The notes below the pieces were generated by a model. That model was not told where the DNA came from. It did no database searches and saw nothing but the letters and a program-made list of their open reading frames with translations. From the NCBI GenBank assembly GCA_964016885.1, contig OZ024756.1:17608001-17672000 (forward strand): a stretch of DNA of 64,000 bases, given 5' to 3'. The translations under genes were made by a program, and so were the position numbers. The stretch comes from Eledone cirrhosa. Lineage: Eukaryota. Positions 1 through 10,949 of this stretch are shown in pieces (positions within the stretch are counted from its first letter, which is position 1; each line of letters opens with the position of its first letter).

Positions 1-165
1 ACTTTTTTCTGTTCAAACCAGCTATAACCGGCCGCTCATACTGATGTTAAGGTATTGTTCTCAAAATAAATAATATCAAAATCTCATAGATTTGATATTA
101 TGTGAAATAAAGTGTTTTCTGTGAAAATACAATAGTATATATAGAGTAATGTCACTGCTAAAGGG
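1..165 (+). mobile_element. piggyBac-type MITE, right part (cut by window edge)
   Basis: Ends ...GCTAAAGGG followed by TTAA. Internal sequence matches the complete copy at 3581-3783. Confidence 0.65.
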
Positions 166-285
166 TTAAGATTGATCAACAAATAGACTTACACATTTAA
201 TATGACACTTGAGTAAACTGGAGCAATGTGAAATAAAGTGTCTTGCCCAAGGAAACAACACATCACCCGGTCTGAGAGTTGTGAG

Positions 286-612
286 TTCAATTCTTAGACC
301 AGGTGGTGTGTTGTTTCCTTGAGCAAGACACTTTATTTCACATTGCTCCAGTTTACTCAGCTGTAGAAATGAGATGATGGGGACTGGGGTCCCTATCATT
401 CCACTGCAAAGTGGACGTGGAGGTGCCACGGCAAAAAAAGCACCCAGCCCACACTGTAAAGTGGTCGTGTAGGCGCCACGGAAAAAAAGCACCCAGCACT
501 CACTGTAAATGAGGTTGGTGTTAGGAAGGGCATCCGGCTGTAGAAATCAAGCCAGAATCAGTTCCCGTCCCACCCTTGCAAGCAGGGAAAAGCAGACTTA
601 AAATGATGATGA
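286..612 (+). mobile_element. SINE family A (tRNA-head/CORE-like, GAT tail), 5'-truncated, preceded by an inverted fragment of itself (~208-285)
   Basis: Contains CCTTGAGCAAGACACTTTATTTCACATTGCTCCAG and GGTTGGTGTTAGGAAGGGCATCC, ends in ATGATGATGAT. Confidence 0.8.
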
Positions 613-619
613 TAGGATA

Positions 620-975
620 TAACAGTTTCTAATTTAGACTCAAAGCCAACAATTTTAGGGGGTGGGGTAGAGAAGGAGGCGAACTGATTATACTGACCCC
701 AGTATATGACTGGTATTTTATTTCATAGACCCCAGAAAGATGGAGAGCAAAGCAGTTTCTAATTTAGGCAGAAAGCCAACAATTTTTAGGGGGTTGTATA
801 AAGAGGGGTGTGGTGGCTTATTATACTGACATCAGTACATGAGTGGTATTTTATTTCATCAACACCGGAAGGATAGAGAGTAAAGTTGACCTCAGTGGCG
901 TATTGAACTTACAATGTAAAGAGTCAGAATAAACACTGCAAAGCATTTGACAGATGCCGTAACATCATTGCCAAT
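620..975 (-). mobile_element. Degenerate Nin/Deu-domain SINE fragments (family B), tandem
   Basis: Diverged versions of the ACTGGTACTTTATTTTATCGACCCC..GGATGAAAGGCAAAG motif seen in better-preserved copies. Confidence 0.55.
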
Positions 976-1370
976 CAACAGATCTTATATATAAGATATA
1001 ATGAGAAATAAATAAACAAAACAAAACATGAAGGAAATAATAGGAAAAAGCAAGGCCATACCTTCTTAGTATATTTTACATTTTATCTTGCTTTTCATTA
1101 TAATTATGTTCCGTCTTAACCTATAATCAGTCGCAGTACAGAGACATAAAGACAGCAATGAAAAGAAATGCAGAAAAGTAAACAAAAGAAACCATGAATT
1201 GGGAGAGAGAGAAATATCTAAGATTATAGATAAGGAGAATATGATGTAAGGAGGGAAATATTGGAATGTGAAAGTGAAAGTAGAAATAGACAAAACAGAG
1301 AGTATGTATTTTCTTTTTTGTTCTTCATCATCATACTACAGAAGGAGGACAATAGATTTCTGCAATGGAT

Positions 1371-1408
<38 letters not shown>

Positions 1409-1599
1409 GTATATATGTATGTATGTATACGTACGTATATGTATATGTATGTATATATATAATTGGTTTCTATTGCTTAGTATCTGTCTCAAAAACAAGG
1501 ACAGAGGAACAAAGAAAAGACACAATCAACATAAGTGTATTACATTATTGGTTCTTGTTCTCATCATTTTATATATATATATACATATATATATATATT

Positions 1600-1818
1600 T
1601 AAAGGTTAAACAAGGTTCAATGAATAAATCAAAGAATGAGTTTTACAATAGATTGGAAGCACTCAACAGAAATGGTTTTCCAGAGTTATTAATATTAATT
1701 CAAAATATTAACAAAATAGATATTCTTGTGATCAAGTATATTTTATTATACATATTTCAGAGGTACTGAGCTAACTTCAACTTGATCACAAGAATATCTA
1801 TTTTGTTAATATTTTGAA

Positions 1819-1825
<7 letters not shown>
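1600..1825 (-). mobile_element. Penelope-like terminal-repeat remnant with inverted duplication, containing the 3' half of a hammerhead
   Basis: Arms 1692-1736 and 1781-1825 are reverse complements, flanked by (TA)n. The minus strand reads CTCAGTACCTCT-GAAATATGTATA-ATAAAAT, the same family as the hammerhead at 52739. Confidence 0.6.
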
Positions 1826-1860
<35 letters not shown>

Positions 1861-2002
1861 GGTAAGTTATTCCGGGTTGAATCGGAGGTAACCACAGTAA
1901 GTAAGGTACTCAATACATAGTAGAGTATAAAAGTTTTAATATATATGAGATTCTACAGGACTAGAAGTGTTTCATTCTTGTGAAATCATTAGGAATCTCT
2001 GT

Positions 2003-2051
2003 GCTTCCTGATGATTTCTAAAGAATGAAACAGTTCTAGTCCTGTAGAATC
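2003..2051 (+). ncRNA. Type I hammerhead ribozyme motif (tandem copy 1)
   Basis: (GCTTC)-CTGATGA-TTTCTAAAGAAT-GAAA-CAG TTCTAGTC CTG-TA-(GAATC), with one stem I mismatch. Confidence 0.7.
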
Positions 2052-2068
2052 TCATCAGGAATCTCTGT

Positions 2069-2117
2069 GATTCCTGATGATTTCTCAAGAATGAAACAGT
2101 TCTAGTCCTGTAGAATC
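2069..2117 (+). ncRNA. Type I hammerhead ribozyme motif (tandem copy 2)
   Basis: Stem I GATTC/GAATC, core CTGATGA, short stem II TTC-TCAA-GAA, GAAA, stem III ACAG/CTGT with a CTAG-containing loop, GUA cleavage triplet. Confidence 0.8.
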
Positions 2118-2232
2118 TCATCTATATATATATATATGTGTGTGTGTATATATATACACACATATATACATATAGCATGGAAGAACGGATGTAAAACAGT
2201 GATGATGATGATATATACATATATATATATAT

Positions 2233-2412
2233 ACCCAGCACTCACTGTAAATGAGGTTCGTGTTAGGAAGGGCATCCAGCTGTAGTAATCAAGCCAGAAT
2301 CAGATCCTGTATGAGCAAGGCATGGTCAGATGACCGGCTACTGCCCACAACAGGACAACCTGTCTAACCCATGCTAGCGTGGAAGAACGGACGTAAAACG
2401 GTGATGATGATG
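2233..2412 (+). mobile_element. SINE family A variant, 3' part
   Basis: TTAGGAAGGGCATCCAGCTGTAG ... CCCATGCTAGCGTGGAAGAACGGACGTAAAACGGTGATGATG tail. Confidence 0.7.
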
Positions 2413-2538
2413 ATATATACTGTCTTGCTCGTGGAGTCCTGCACACTAGAGAACATTCTCCCACACTGTCCAGACATTTATCATTGGGGTAGCAAGAATA
2501 TATAGGTTGCTGATATCTATGGCGTACACCATTGTTCT

Positions 2539-2812
2539 CCCACACTGTCAGAGCTTGTACGACTGGGGTAACACATACACCAACATACCCACACTGCCAG
2601 GGTTGTACCACTGGGGTAACACATACACCAACATACCTACACTGCCAGGGTTGTACCCCTGGGGTAACACATACACCAACATACCCACACTGTCAGAGAT
2701 GTACCACTGGGGTAACACATACACCAACATACCCACACTGTCAGAGCTTGTACGACTGGGGTAACACATACCCACACTGCCAGGGTTGTACCACTGGGGT
2801 AACACATACCTA
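2539..2812. repeat. 48-bp minisatellite (~6 copies)
   Basis: Unit CCCACACTGCCAGGGTTGTACCACTGGGGTAACACATACACCAACATA. Confidence 0.9.
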
Positions 2813-2834
2813 CACATACATGATTTAGAAACCA

Positions 2835-3130
2835 TTACAGCTAATAATGCTTCTACTTTTGGCACAAGGCCAGCAATTACCCCGCTGCATAACTGGTACT
2901 TTATTTTATCAACCCCGTAAGCATGAAAGGCAAAGTTAGCTTCAGGGGGAGTTGAATTCAGAACGCAAAGGGCCATAACTCTATGCTGCAAAACATGGTG
3001 TCTGACATTCTACTGATACTGCCAATTTCAATAATGAAATTATTCTGTACAATGCTAAAGTGCCCTTTTATTGACCCCGTAAGGACGAAAGGCAAAGCTA
3101 ACCTCAGTGGGATTTGAACTCATTACAGCT
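2835..3130 (-). mobile_element. Nin/Deu-domain SINE (family B) plus a partial second copy
   Basis: The minus strand has a tRNA-like head, then CTTTGCCTTTCAT...GGGGTTGATAAAATAAAGTACCAG and a GGCCTTGTGCC..AGTAGAA tail. Confidence 0.75.
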
Positions 3131-3216
3131 AATAATGATAATGTTTTTCTTTTTCCTTGAGTTGTAGTTTTCATAAAACAAACAAAAACAAAACAAATTA
3201 TTTTGGTCCCACTATT

Positions 3217-3551
3217 GGAGGCACATGGCTTAGTGGTTAGAGCATTGGCCTTGCAATCGAAAGGTTGTGAGTTCAATTCTCAGACTCGGTGATGTGTTGT
3301 TTCCTTGAGCAAGACACTTTATTTCACATTGCTCCAGCTGTAGAAATGAGATGATAGGACTGGGGTCCCTATCATTCCACTGTAAAGTGGTCGTGGAGGT
3401 GCCACGGAAAAAAAGCACCCAGCACTCACTGTAAATGAGGTTGGTGTTAGGAAGGGCATCCAGCTGTAGAAATCAAGCCAGAATCAGATCCCGTCCCACC
3501 CTTGCAAGCAGGGAAAAGCGGACGTAAAATGATGATGATGATGATGATGAT
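3217..3551 (+). mobile_element. Full-length SINE family A
   Basis: A box TGGCTTAGTGG, B box GAGTTCAATTC, CORE-like middle, (GAT)n tail. Confidence 0.9.
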
Positions 3552-3580
3552 ATAGTATTATTGGCCATTCATTTGTTTAA

Positions 3581-3783
3581 CCCTTTAGCATTTAAACTGG
3601 CCATATCTGGCCAGAATCCTCTCCCCTTTTTCTGTTCAAACTGGCAATAACCGGCCACTCATACTGATGTATTGTTCTCAAAATAAATAATATCAAAATG
3701 TCATAGATTTGATATTATGTGAGATAAAGTATTTACATTGAAAATACAATAGTAAATATCGAGTAAATATAAATGGTAAAGGG
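3581..3783 (+). mobile_element. piggyBac-type MITE
   Basis: TIR CCCTTTAGCATTT...AAATGGTAAAGGG with TTAA on both sides (3577-3580, 3784-3787). Multiple copies in the window. Confidence 0.8.
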
Positions 3784-4467
3784 TTAACTGTTGGTTTGAC
3801 TCTCTAAGAAGACTTTACTAGAAATAGAAGCCAAATCTCACTTATATCAATATCAACACCCTGCTTTGGATAATGCAGTGCTTGATACATTATGTTAAAA
3901 AAGGGAGGTCATGGATGGAACTGGAATGCCTTTGGTCATTAGCCTGAAGCTGACCTAGGGTTAACAGTAGCAACAACACTACATGCTGACACAATGAGGA
4001 AGACTCTAATTGCTAGAAACAGTAACCAAATCTCCCTCGTTTCATAACAATACTTTTACATTAGTTAACATAGTCTTATATACAATATTATATCAGATGG
4101 AAGTGGAACTTCTTTCATCGTACGACTGCAGGACAAGGGTTGACCTAGAGCTAGACAACAACAACAGCAGCAACAACACACCAAACCATTGTCTGCTACT
4201 ATTTCTGTCTGTCAACTCAACCACCCTATACCCTAGAAAGTAAATAAATTACTGATTAAAAATGTTGATTTAATTACAATAAACACACAAGTAAACAACA
4301 CTAATGAGCTAATAAGAGAAATCAATAAATCAATAAAAATAACAGATCAGTAACCCACACACACTCACCTCAAAAGCCATCTTGCTTCATTTAGGTTAGA
4401 CCAACTTTTTAAGCCATGTGAATGGAAATATGTATTAATACACACATACACAATACAATATGTATAT

Positions 4468-4927
4468 ATCATCATCATCACCGTTTTACGTCCGTTCTTC
4501 CACGCTAGCATGGGTTAGACAGGTTGTCCTGTTGTGGGCAGTGTCTGGTTGGCTGATGACCTTGTCTTGCTCATACGGGAACTGATTCTGGCTTGATTTC
4601 TACAGCTGGATGCCCTTCCTAACACCAACCTCATTTACAGTGAGTGCTGGGTGCTTTTTTGCCGTGGCACCTCCACGACCACTTTACAGTGTGGGCTGGG
4701 TGGTTTCTTGCTGTGGCACCTCCACGACCACTTTGCAGTGGAATGATAGGGACCCCAGTCCCTATCATCTCATTTCTACAGCTGAGTAAACTGGAGCAAT
4801 GTGGAATAAAGTGTCTTTATTTCACATTGCTGCAGTTCAAGGAAACAACACACCACCCAGTCCGAGAACTGAACTCACAACCTTTCGATTGCAAGGCCAA
4901 TGCTCTAACCACTAAGCCATGTGCCTC
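4468..4927 (-). mobile_element. SINE family A, head-to-head with the copy at 5035
   Basis: Reverse complement of family A from head (AAGCCATGTGCCTC) to (ATC)n tail. Confidence 0.9.
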
Positions 4928-4941
4928 TCTCTCTCTCTTAC

Positions 4942-5034
<93 letters not shown>

Positions 5035-5040
<6 letters not shown>

Positions 5041-5362
5041 GGCTTAGTGGTTAGAGCATTGGCCTTGCAATCGAAAGGTTGTGAGTTCAATTCTCAGACC
5101 GGGTGATGTGTTGTTTCCTTGAGCAAGACACTTTATTTCACATTGCTCCAGTTTACTCAACTGTAGAAATGAGATGATAGGGACCCCAGTCCCTATCATT
5201 CCACTGTAAAGTGGTCATGGAGGTGCCACGGCAAAAAAGCACCCAGCACTCACTGTAAATGAGGTTGGTGTTAGGAAGGGCATCCAGCTGTAGAAATCAA
5301 GCCAGAATCAGTTCCCGTCCCACCCTTGCAAGCAGGGAAAAGCGGACGTAAAATGATGATGA
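5035..5362 (+). mobile_element. SINE family A
   Basis: Head starts directly after a (GA)n tract, standard body and tail. Confidence 0.9.
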
Positions 5363-5460
5363 TTATATATATATATATAGTTGTGTATAATGGTAGCTAA
5401 GGTGCTTCCATAGGCGGTATGCCAAACTTAGCACTTGATATTCATCAGAGTAGAGTGTAG

Positions 5461-5803
5461 ATATTATAAAGAAAACGAAAAATCAGTGATGCATCTGTAC
5501 TTAATTTATTGCGTGTTACAATTGTTTCTCCGGCAGATAGCTCGAGACGTGGTCCTTGTATGGATCCGGCTGATTCTACTTCTGCAGGTTCCTAACGAAA
5601 TAGTCGTGTCTGAATGAACCTGCAGAAGTATAGTGATAAAATTTGCTCCTAACGAAATAGTCGTGTCTGAAAGAACCCGCAGAAGTAGAATCAGCCAGAT
5701 CCATACAAGGACCACGTCTCGAGCTACCTGCCGGAGAAACGATTGTAACACGCAATAAATTAAGTCCAGATGCATCACTGATTTTTCGTTTTCTTTATAA
5801 TAT
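5461..5803. mobile_element. Foldback element (~130-bp inverted arms), Penelope-like remnant
   Basis: 5461-5591 is the reverse complement of 5673-5803 with a few mismatches, bounded by (TA)n. Confidence 0.7.
5662..5752 (+). ncRNA. Hammerhead-like motif with atypical core (CTGAAAGA) and long stem II
   Basis: Stem I CGTGT/ACACG, then CTGAAAGA, ~60 nt insert, GAAAC-GATT-GTA. Confidence 0.55.
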
Positions 5804-5882
5804 ATATATATCCCTCTCTCCCTCATCTATGTATGTGTATATATATAAGATATTATAGCAGTAGAGACACCTTACCAACCAC

Positions 5883-6851
5883 CAGAGGCGTATCTAGGAT
5901 ATGGCAAGAATGGCACATCCCATGGGCACCATTTGAAAGGGGGCGCTACCTGGACTAGGAGTACTTTCTATTAAAGTCAGATAAGCTATCGCCAGAGAGT
6001 GAAAAAAGGAACTTCTTCAGATGTATTGATCTGTCTTTGATTATCATGGGTGAGAAACACTATAGTGGCTGGATCATTAAACCATTTATATAGATTATTA
6101 GGCCTCCATAGGTAAAAATACAGTGCTGGGAACTACATGATCACAGAGGCACACCTCATAGTATGACTTGTCAAATATTTTAATAGGGTTTTAATATTTG
6201 TCAGAGATCAGCAGTACACAGATCTCTCCCTTTAATATTTGTCACAGATCAGTATTACACAGATCTCTTTCCAGCATAGTTACGTCCCTTTACGATCTGA
6301 GTTCAAATCCCGCCGAGGTTGACTTTGCCTTTCATCCTTACGGGGTCGATAAAATAAAGTACCAGTAATGCACTGGGTAATTGCTGGCCTTGTGCCTAAA
6401 GTAGAAACAAGTATTACACAGATCTCTCCCTTTAATATTTGTCACAGATCAGTATTACACAGATCACTCCCTTTAATATTTCTCACAGATCAGTATTACA
6501 CAGATCACTCCCTTTAATATTTGTCACAGATCAGTATTACACAGATCACTCCCTTTAATATTTGTCACAGATCAGTATTACACAGATCACTCCCTTTAAT
6601 ATATGTCATAGATCAGTATTACACAGATCACTCCCTTTAAATACACTAACACTTTTGTCAATACTTTATGTATACTTAAGTGTAAAAGATACCTGTAGAA
6701 CAAATGAAAATACAGTTTAATACCCTAAACCCTCATTTATTTAAACTGCGCTGTCAATCCCATTGTCTAACAACTACTATATAGCTTGTTGCATGGGCAG
6801 GGGCGCAATTTCAATGTTTGCCATAGGCGCTATTTTCCCTTGTTAACCCTG
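5883..6851. mobile_element. hAT-like non-autonomous DNA transposon with 8-bp TSD
   Basis: Termini CAG...CTG flanked by the direct repeat CCAACCAC (5875-5882, 6852-6859). GC-rich subterminal GGCGC/GCCAT motifs. TIR is degenerate. Confidence 0.65.
6185..6645. repeat. 41-bp minisatellite interrupted by a family B SINE (~6268-6410)
   Basis: Unit CACAGATCAGTATTACACAGATCACTCCCTTTAATATTTGT, with a Nin-domain SINE between units. Confidence 0.85.
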
Positions 6852-7226
6852 CCAACCACCATATGACATCTTAAACAGTGGCGACACCTTACCAACAGTC
6901 GAGTGACATCTATAGCAATAGTGATACCCTACAAACTGTCAATTGACATATCAAATACTCTGATTCTGGGATCAAAACCAAGAATTACTGTGTTTATTGT
7001 TTTAAGACACTTACAAATGAGTCAGCTTAACTGTAACCTAGAAACTGTGAGAAGTGAGAGTAAATGGAGGTACAAGTGGATAGATAGATAGAGATAGATA
7101 GTGGTGAGGAGATTGATAGAGAGATGGATACACAGACATATATATATATATATATACACATATATTATATATATAAGTGTGTGTAGAGAGGGGGGAGATA
7201 GGGGGAGATATAGTTATATAAACACA

Positions 7227-7257
<31 letters not shown>

Positions 7258-7714
7258 AAAGATGGTAGGATGGTTGGATGGTTGAGTGGTTGGGTAACTG
7301 CATGAAAATATTAGATGTATGTATGGATGAAGCTAGATGGCAGGAGGGGGCGGAAATGGATAGCTAGATAAATAAATAGATGGATGGCTAGGTTTACTGC
7401 TGCTGTTGTTGTAGTTGTTGTTGTTTTGGCCCAGGTCATAGGTAGAAGTGGGAGGCAAGCAACAAGTCTCATACAATGAGTCATTTCATTACAACAGTGA
7501 TGACTGATGCAGTGCAACCTGCTGCTTCTCTCTCCATCACATATGGCAACATAGAGCCTTCTTCCACCACCACCACCACCACCACCACCTCCTTGTCGTC
7601 ATCCTCTGCTGCCTGGTTGGGTGGTTGGCAGGGTGATTGAGTGGGTGGTTGGCTGGATGGTAAGGTGATTGAGAGAGAGAGAGAGAGCAGTTGGCTGAAT
7701 TACTGGATGAGTGG

Positions 7715-8390
7715 CTGAGTGGCTGTTTGTTTGGTTGGGGTGGCTGTTTGATTGGCTGGTTGGGTGGCTGAGTTGCTGGTTGTTTGGTTGGGGTGGCTGG
7801 CTGGTTGGCTGTTTGTTTGATTGGTTGGTTGGGTGGCTGAGTTGCTGGTTGTTTGGTTGGGGTGGCTGGCTGGTTGGCTGTTTGTTTGATTGGTTGGTTG
7901 GGTGGCTGAGTTGCTGGTTGTTTGGTTGGGGTGGCTGGCTGGTTGGCTGTTTGTTTGATTGGTTGGTTGGGTGGCTGAGTTGCTGGTTGTTTGGTTGGGG
8001 TGGCTGGCTGGTTGGCTGTTTGTTTGATTGGTTGGTTGGGTGGCTGAGTTGCTGGTTGTTTGGTTGGGGTGGCTGGCTGGTTGGCTGTTTGTTTGATTGG
8101 TTGGTTGGGTGGCTGAGTTGCTGGTTGTTTGGTTGGGGTGGCTGGCTGGTTGGCTGTTTGTTTGATTGGTTGGTTGGGTGGCTGAGTTGCTGGTTGTTTG
8201 GTTGGGGTGGCTGGCTGGTTGGCTGTTTGTTTGATTGGTTGGTTGGGTGGCTGAGTTGCTGGTTGTTTGGTTGGGGTGGCTGGCTGGTTGGCTGTTTGTT
8301 TGATTGGTTGGTTGGGTGGCTGAGTTGCTGGTTGTTTGGTTGGGGTGGCTGGCTGGTTGGGTGGCTGAGTTGCTGGTTGGTAGGCTAGCT
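7715..8390. repeat. 69-bp G/T-rich minisatellite (~9 copies)
   Basis: Near-identical units. Explains the 23-aa periodic ORFs on both strands. Confidence 0.9.
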
Positions 8391-9009
8391 GGCTGGTTGG
8401 TAGGCTGGCTGGTTGGCTGACAGGCTGACAGGATGACTGGCTAGCTGGTTGGTAGCTAACAATATATGAATGAATGAATGACTGACTGATTGAAATCAGA
8501 TGAAATGAAATGAAAGCAGCTGACACAGGATGTAGGATGCAGCAGCAACTGCAGCTGCAGCAGAATCAGCAGCAACTTCAGCAATATCAACAGTAGCATC
8601 AATAGCAGCAGCAGCCTAGCTACTGTTACAAGAATAGACCTAACAAGGTCCTCAATAGTAGTGATAATGGTGCTAGTGGTGGTGGTGGTGGTGGAGCTAG
8701 TGACTGTGGTGCCATTGGTAGTGGTTCTAGTGCTAGAGGTGGTGGTGGTGACAGTACTAATGGTGGTGGTGGGGGAGGTTATTGTACCAGTAGTCATAAG
8801 AGGGTGGTTATAGTGGAGGAGCGGGAGAAGGAGGAAGTCAACAAGTAGAAAATATCTGAAGATGTAGCTACAGATGCTGTTGTTGTCCTTTAGCCCAAGG
8901 TCCAGGCCTCTTGGGTCAGTACCCCTCCTCCCAAGCTCAGCCTCCCACAGTCAGCTCCCTCAAGGCCAGCTCCCACCCCAGGGTCAGTTCTAATCAATGA
9001 GATCTTTAA

Positions 9010-9220
9010 TAATTGTTTCTACGTTTGACACAAGGCCAGCAATTACTCAGTACATTACTGGTACTTTATTTTATCGACCCCGTAAGGATGAAAGGCAAAG
9101 TTAACCTCGGCGGGTTTAATAATGGTTGATAATTGTTTCTACTTTTGGCACAAGGCTAGCAATTACCCAGTGCATTACTGGTACTTTATTTTATCAACCC
9201 CGTAAGGATGAAAGGCAATA
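9010..9220 (-). mobile_element. Two tandem 3' fragments of the family B SINE
   Basis: Repeated AATTGTTTCTAC...GGCCAGCAATTAC...GGTACTTTATTTTATC(G/A)ACCCCGTAAGGATGAAAGGC. Confidence 0.75.
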
Positions 9221-9309
9221 ATGGTTAATAATGAAAGGCGTTCCAGCAGAGATCATCCTGTCAGATCTTTTATTTTTAAAGATGGACATACTGGATACTA
9301 ATAGTTTAA

Positions 9310-9530
9310 TTCTTTAGTATTTAAACTGGCCATATCCGGCCAGAATTCTCTCACCTCTTTCTGTTCAAACTGGCTGTAACCAGCCACTCATACTGATGTT
9401 AAGTTGTTGTTCTCAAAATAAATATTATCAAAATCTCATAGATTCGATATTGAGTGAGATAATTATGTGAGATAAAACCTTTACCATGAAAATACAAAAG
9501 TATATATAGAGTAATGTAAATGCTAAAGGG
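9310..9530 (+). mobile_element. piggyBac-type MITE
   Basis: TTAA at both ends and the same body as 3581-3783. Confidence 0.75.
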
Positions 9531-9754
9531 TTAAGGTACACTGACAAAAAGACAAAATGATCATGGCTGGAATAACTTTCCCCATTTTGGAAACTTAACA
9601 ACTAGCAGAATTAAATGGCCTTATAACACTTGATGATGATGTTTTACAAAGTATCTTTAATTTCTATGATGTAGTAATGGTTTGTATAGTAAATCTTATT
9701 ACATAGACCAATATTAGTCTCTATGATATAGTAACACTACATTCGAGAGTTATA

Positions 9755-9932
9755 GTGGCAGTATCGGTAGAGGGTTGGACGCCATGCTTTCTAGCATAGT
9801 TACGTCCCTTTACGGTCTGAGTTCAAATCCCGTCGAGGTTAACTTTGCCTTTCACCCTTACGGGGTCGATAAAATAAAGTACCAGTAATGTACTGGGTAA
9901 TTGCTGGCCTTGTGCCAAAAGTAGAAACAATT
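9755..9932 (+). mobile_element. Family B Nin/Deu-domain SINE
   Basis: TGGCAGTATCGGTAG head, GAGTTCAAATCC B box, GCCTTTCACCCTTACGGGGTCGATAAAATAAAGTACCAG. Confidence 0.85.
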
Positions 9933-9944
9933 ATTTTCTATTAC

Positions 9945-10172
9945 TTCTTCAAGAAGATGAAATATTTCAGGAAAGAATCACTAGACAAATCTTATAGGCA
10001 AAAACCAACCGGGAGGAGACTCAAAAGTAGATCCCAAGCAAGATGGTTGGATAACATCCTTGAGCTTGGCTGGTCTCACTTGGGGATCCAACCAAATTAA
10101 TTGGCAATGGTTGATTCTGAGGGGACTGAGTGCTTGAGGACTCTGACCCTTTCAGGAGGAAGAAGAAGAAGA
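9945..10172 (+). mobile_element. RTE-clade LINE 3' fragment
   Basis: Translates to ...KPTGRRLKSRSQARWLDNILELGWSHLGIQP, homologous to 24337-24908, with a GAA tail. Confidence 0.7.
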
Positions 10173-10949
10173 GTCAATTTGTAAAATAAAATAATTCCAG
10201 CCATGACCATCTCATCTTTTTGTCAGACACAGTGTACCTTAGGCTATTAGTAACTATTGTGTCCTTTAAAAAAAAAAAAAATAACAGGATGGTCCCAGCT
10301 GGAGTACCCTTCATTATAGATGCAATAATATGCTTTCTGGCATTGTTACAATGTCAGAGTTAGTTGAAGCATTAAGATATAAATCATCTGATACAGGTTT
10401 CATTGTTTCTATGACGTAGTAAGAATTTATTACATTATCATGGAGTTGTTGTCATAAGATATAGACAATTTTCTGATACAGGCCAGCATGAATTTCTATG
10501 ACGTAGAAATATGATTTCTGACATTCGCAGAAGGTCAAATAGTTGTAGTGGCAAGCTATAGACAATCTTATGACTCAGACCATCATAAAATTCTATGACG
10601 CAGTAGTAATATTATGTCTGACATTCACACATGGTCAAAGAGTTATAGCGGCAAGCTATGGTAAATCTTATGACCCAGACCATCATAAATTTCTATGACG
10701 TAGTATGATTTCTGACATTGAGACAAGGTCATACACAATTATAAAGCATAGTAAATATTCTGACACAGACAACCTTTTATGACATAGACCAATATCAGTC
10801 TCTATAATATAGTAACACAACATCATAGGGTTATAGTGGCAAGCTATAGTAAGTCTTATGACATAGTCCATCATTAATTTTTACAACGTAGAAGCAGAAT
10901 ATCAAACATAGCGAGATACAGTAAAATATTTCAGTGGCACTTTAATAAT

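Noticed and set aside
3217-3290. tRNA gene
   Set aside because: A and B boxes are present but it continues into a SINE body and is multi-copy, so it is a SINE head.
4355-4430. Minus-strand donor GAG|GTGAGT (~4368) and acceptor-like TTTTCATTTGTTCTACAG (~6693)
   Set aside because: No matching acceptor for the first. The second lies inside the hAT-like insert. No recognisable peptide, so an exon cannot be supported without RNA data.
7537-8526. 329-aa Q/P/T-repeat ORF
   Set aside because: A 69-bp minisatellite of GGTT/GGCT tetramers, open on both strands.
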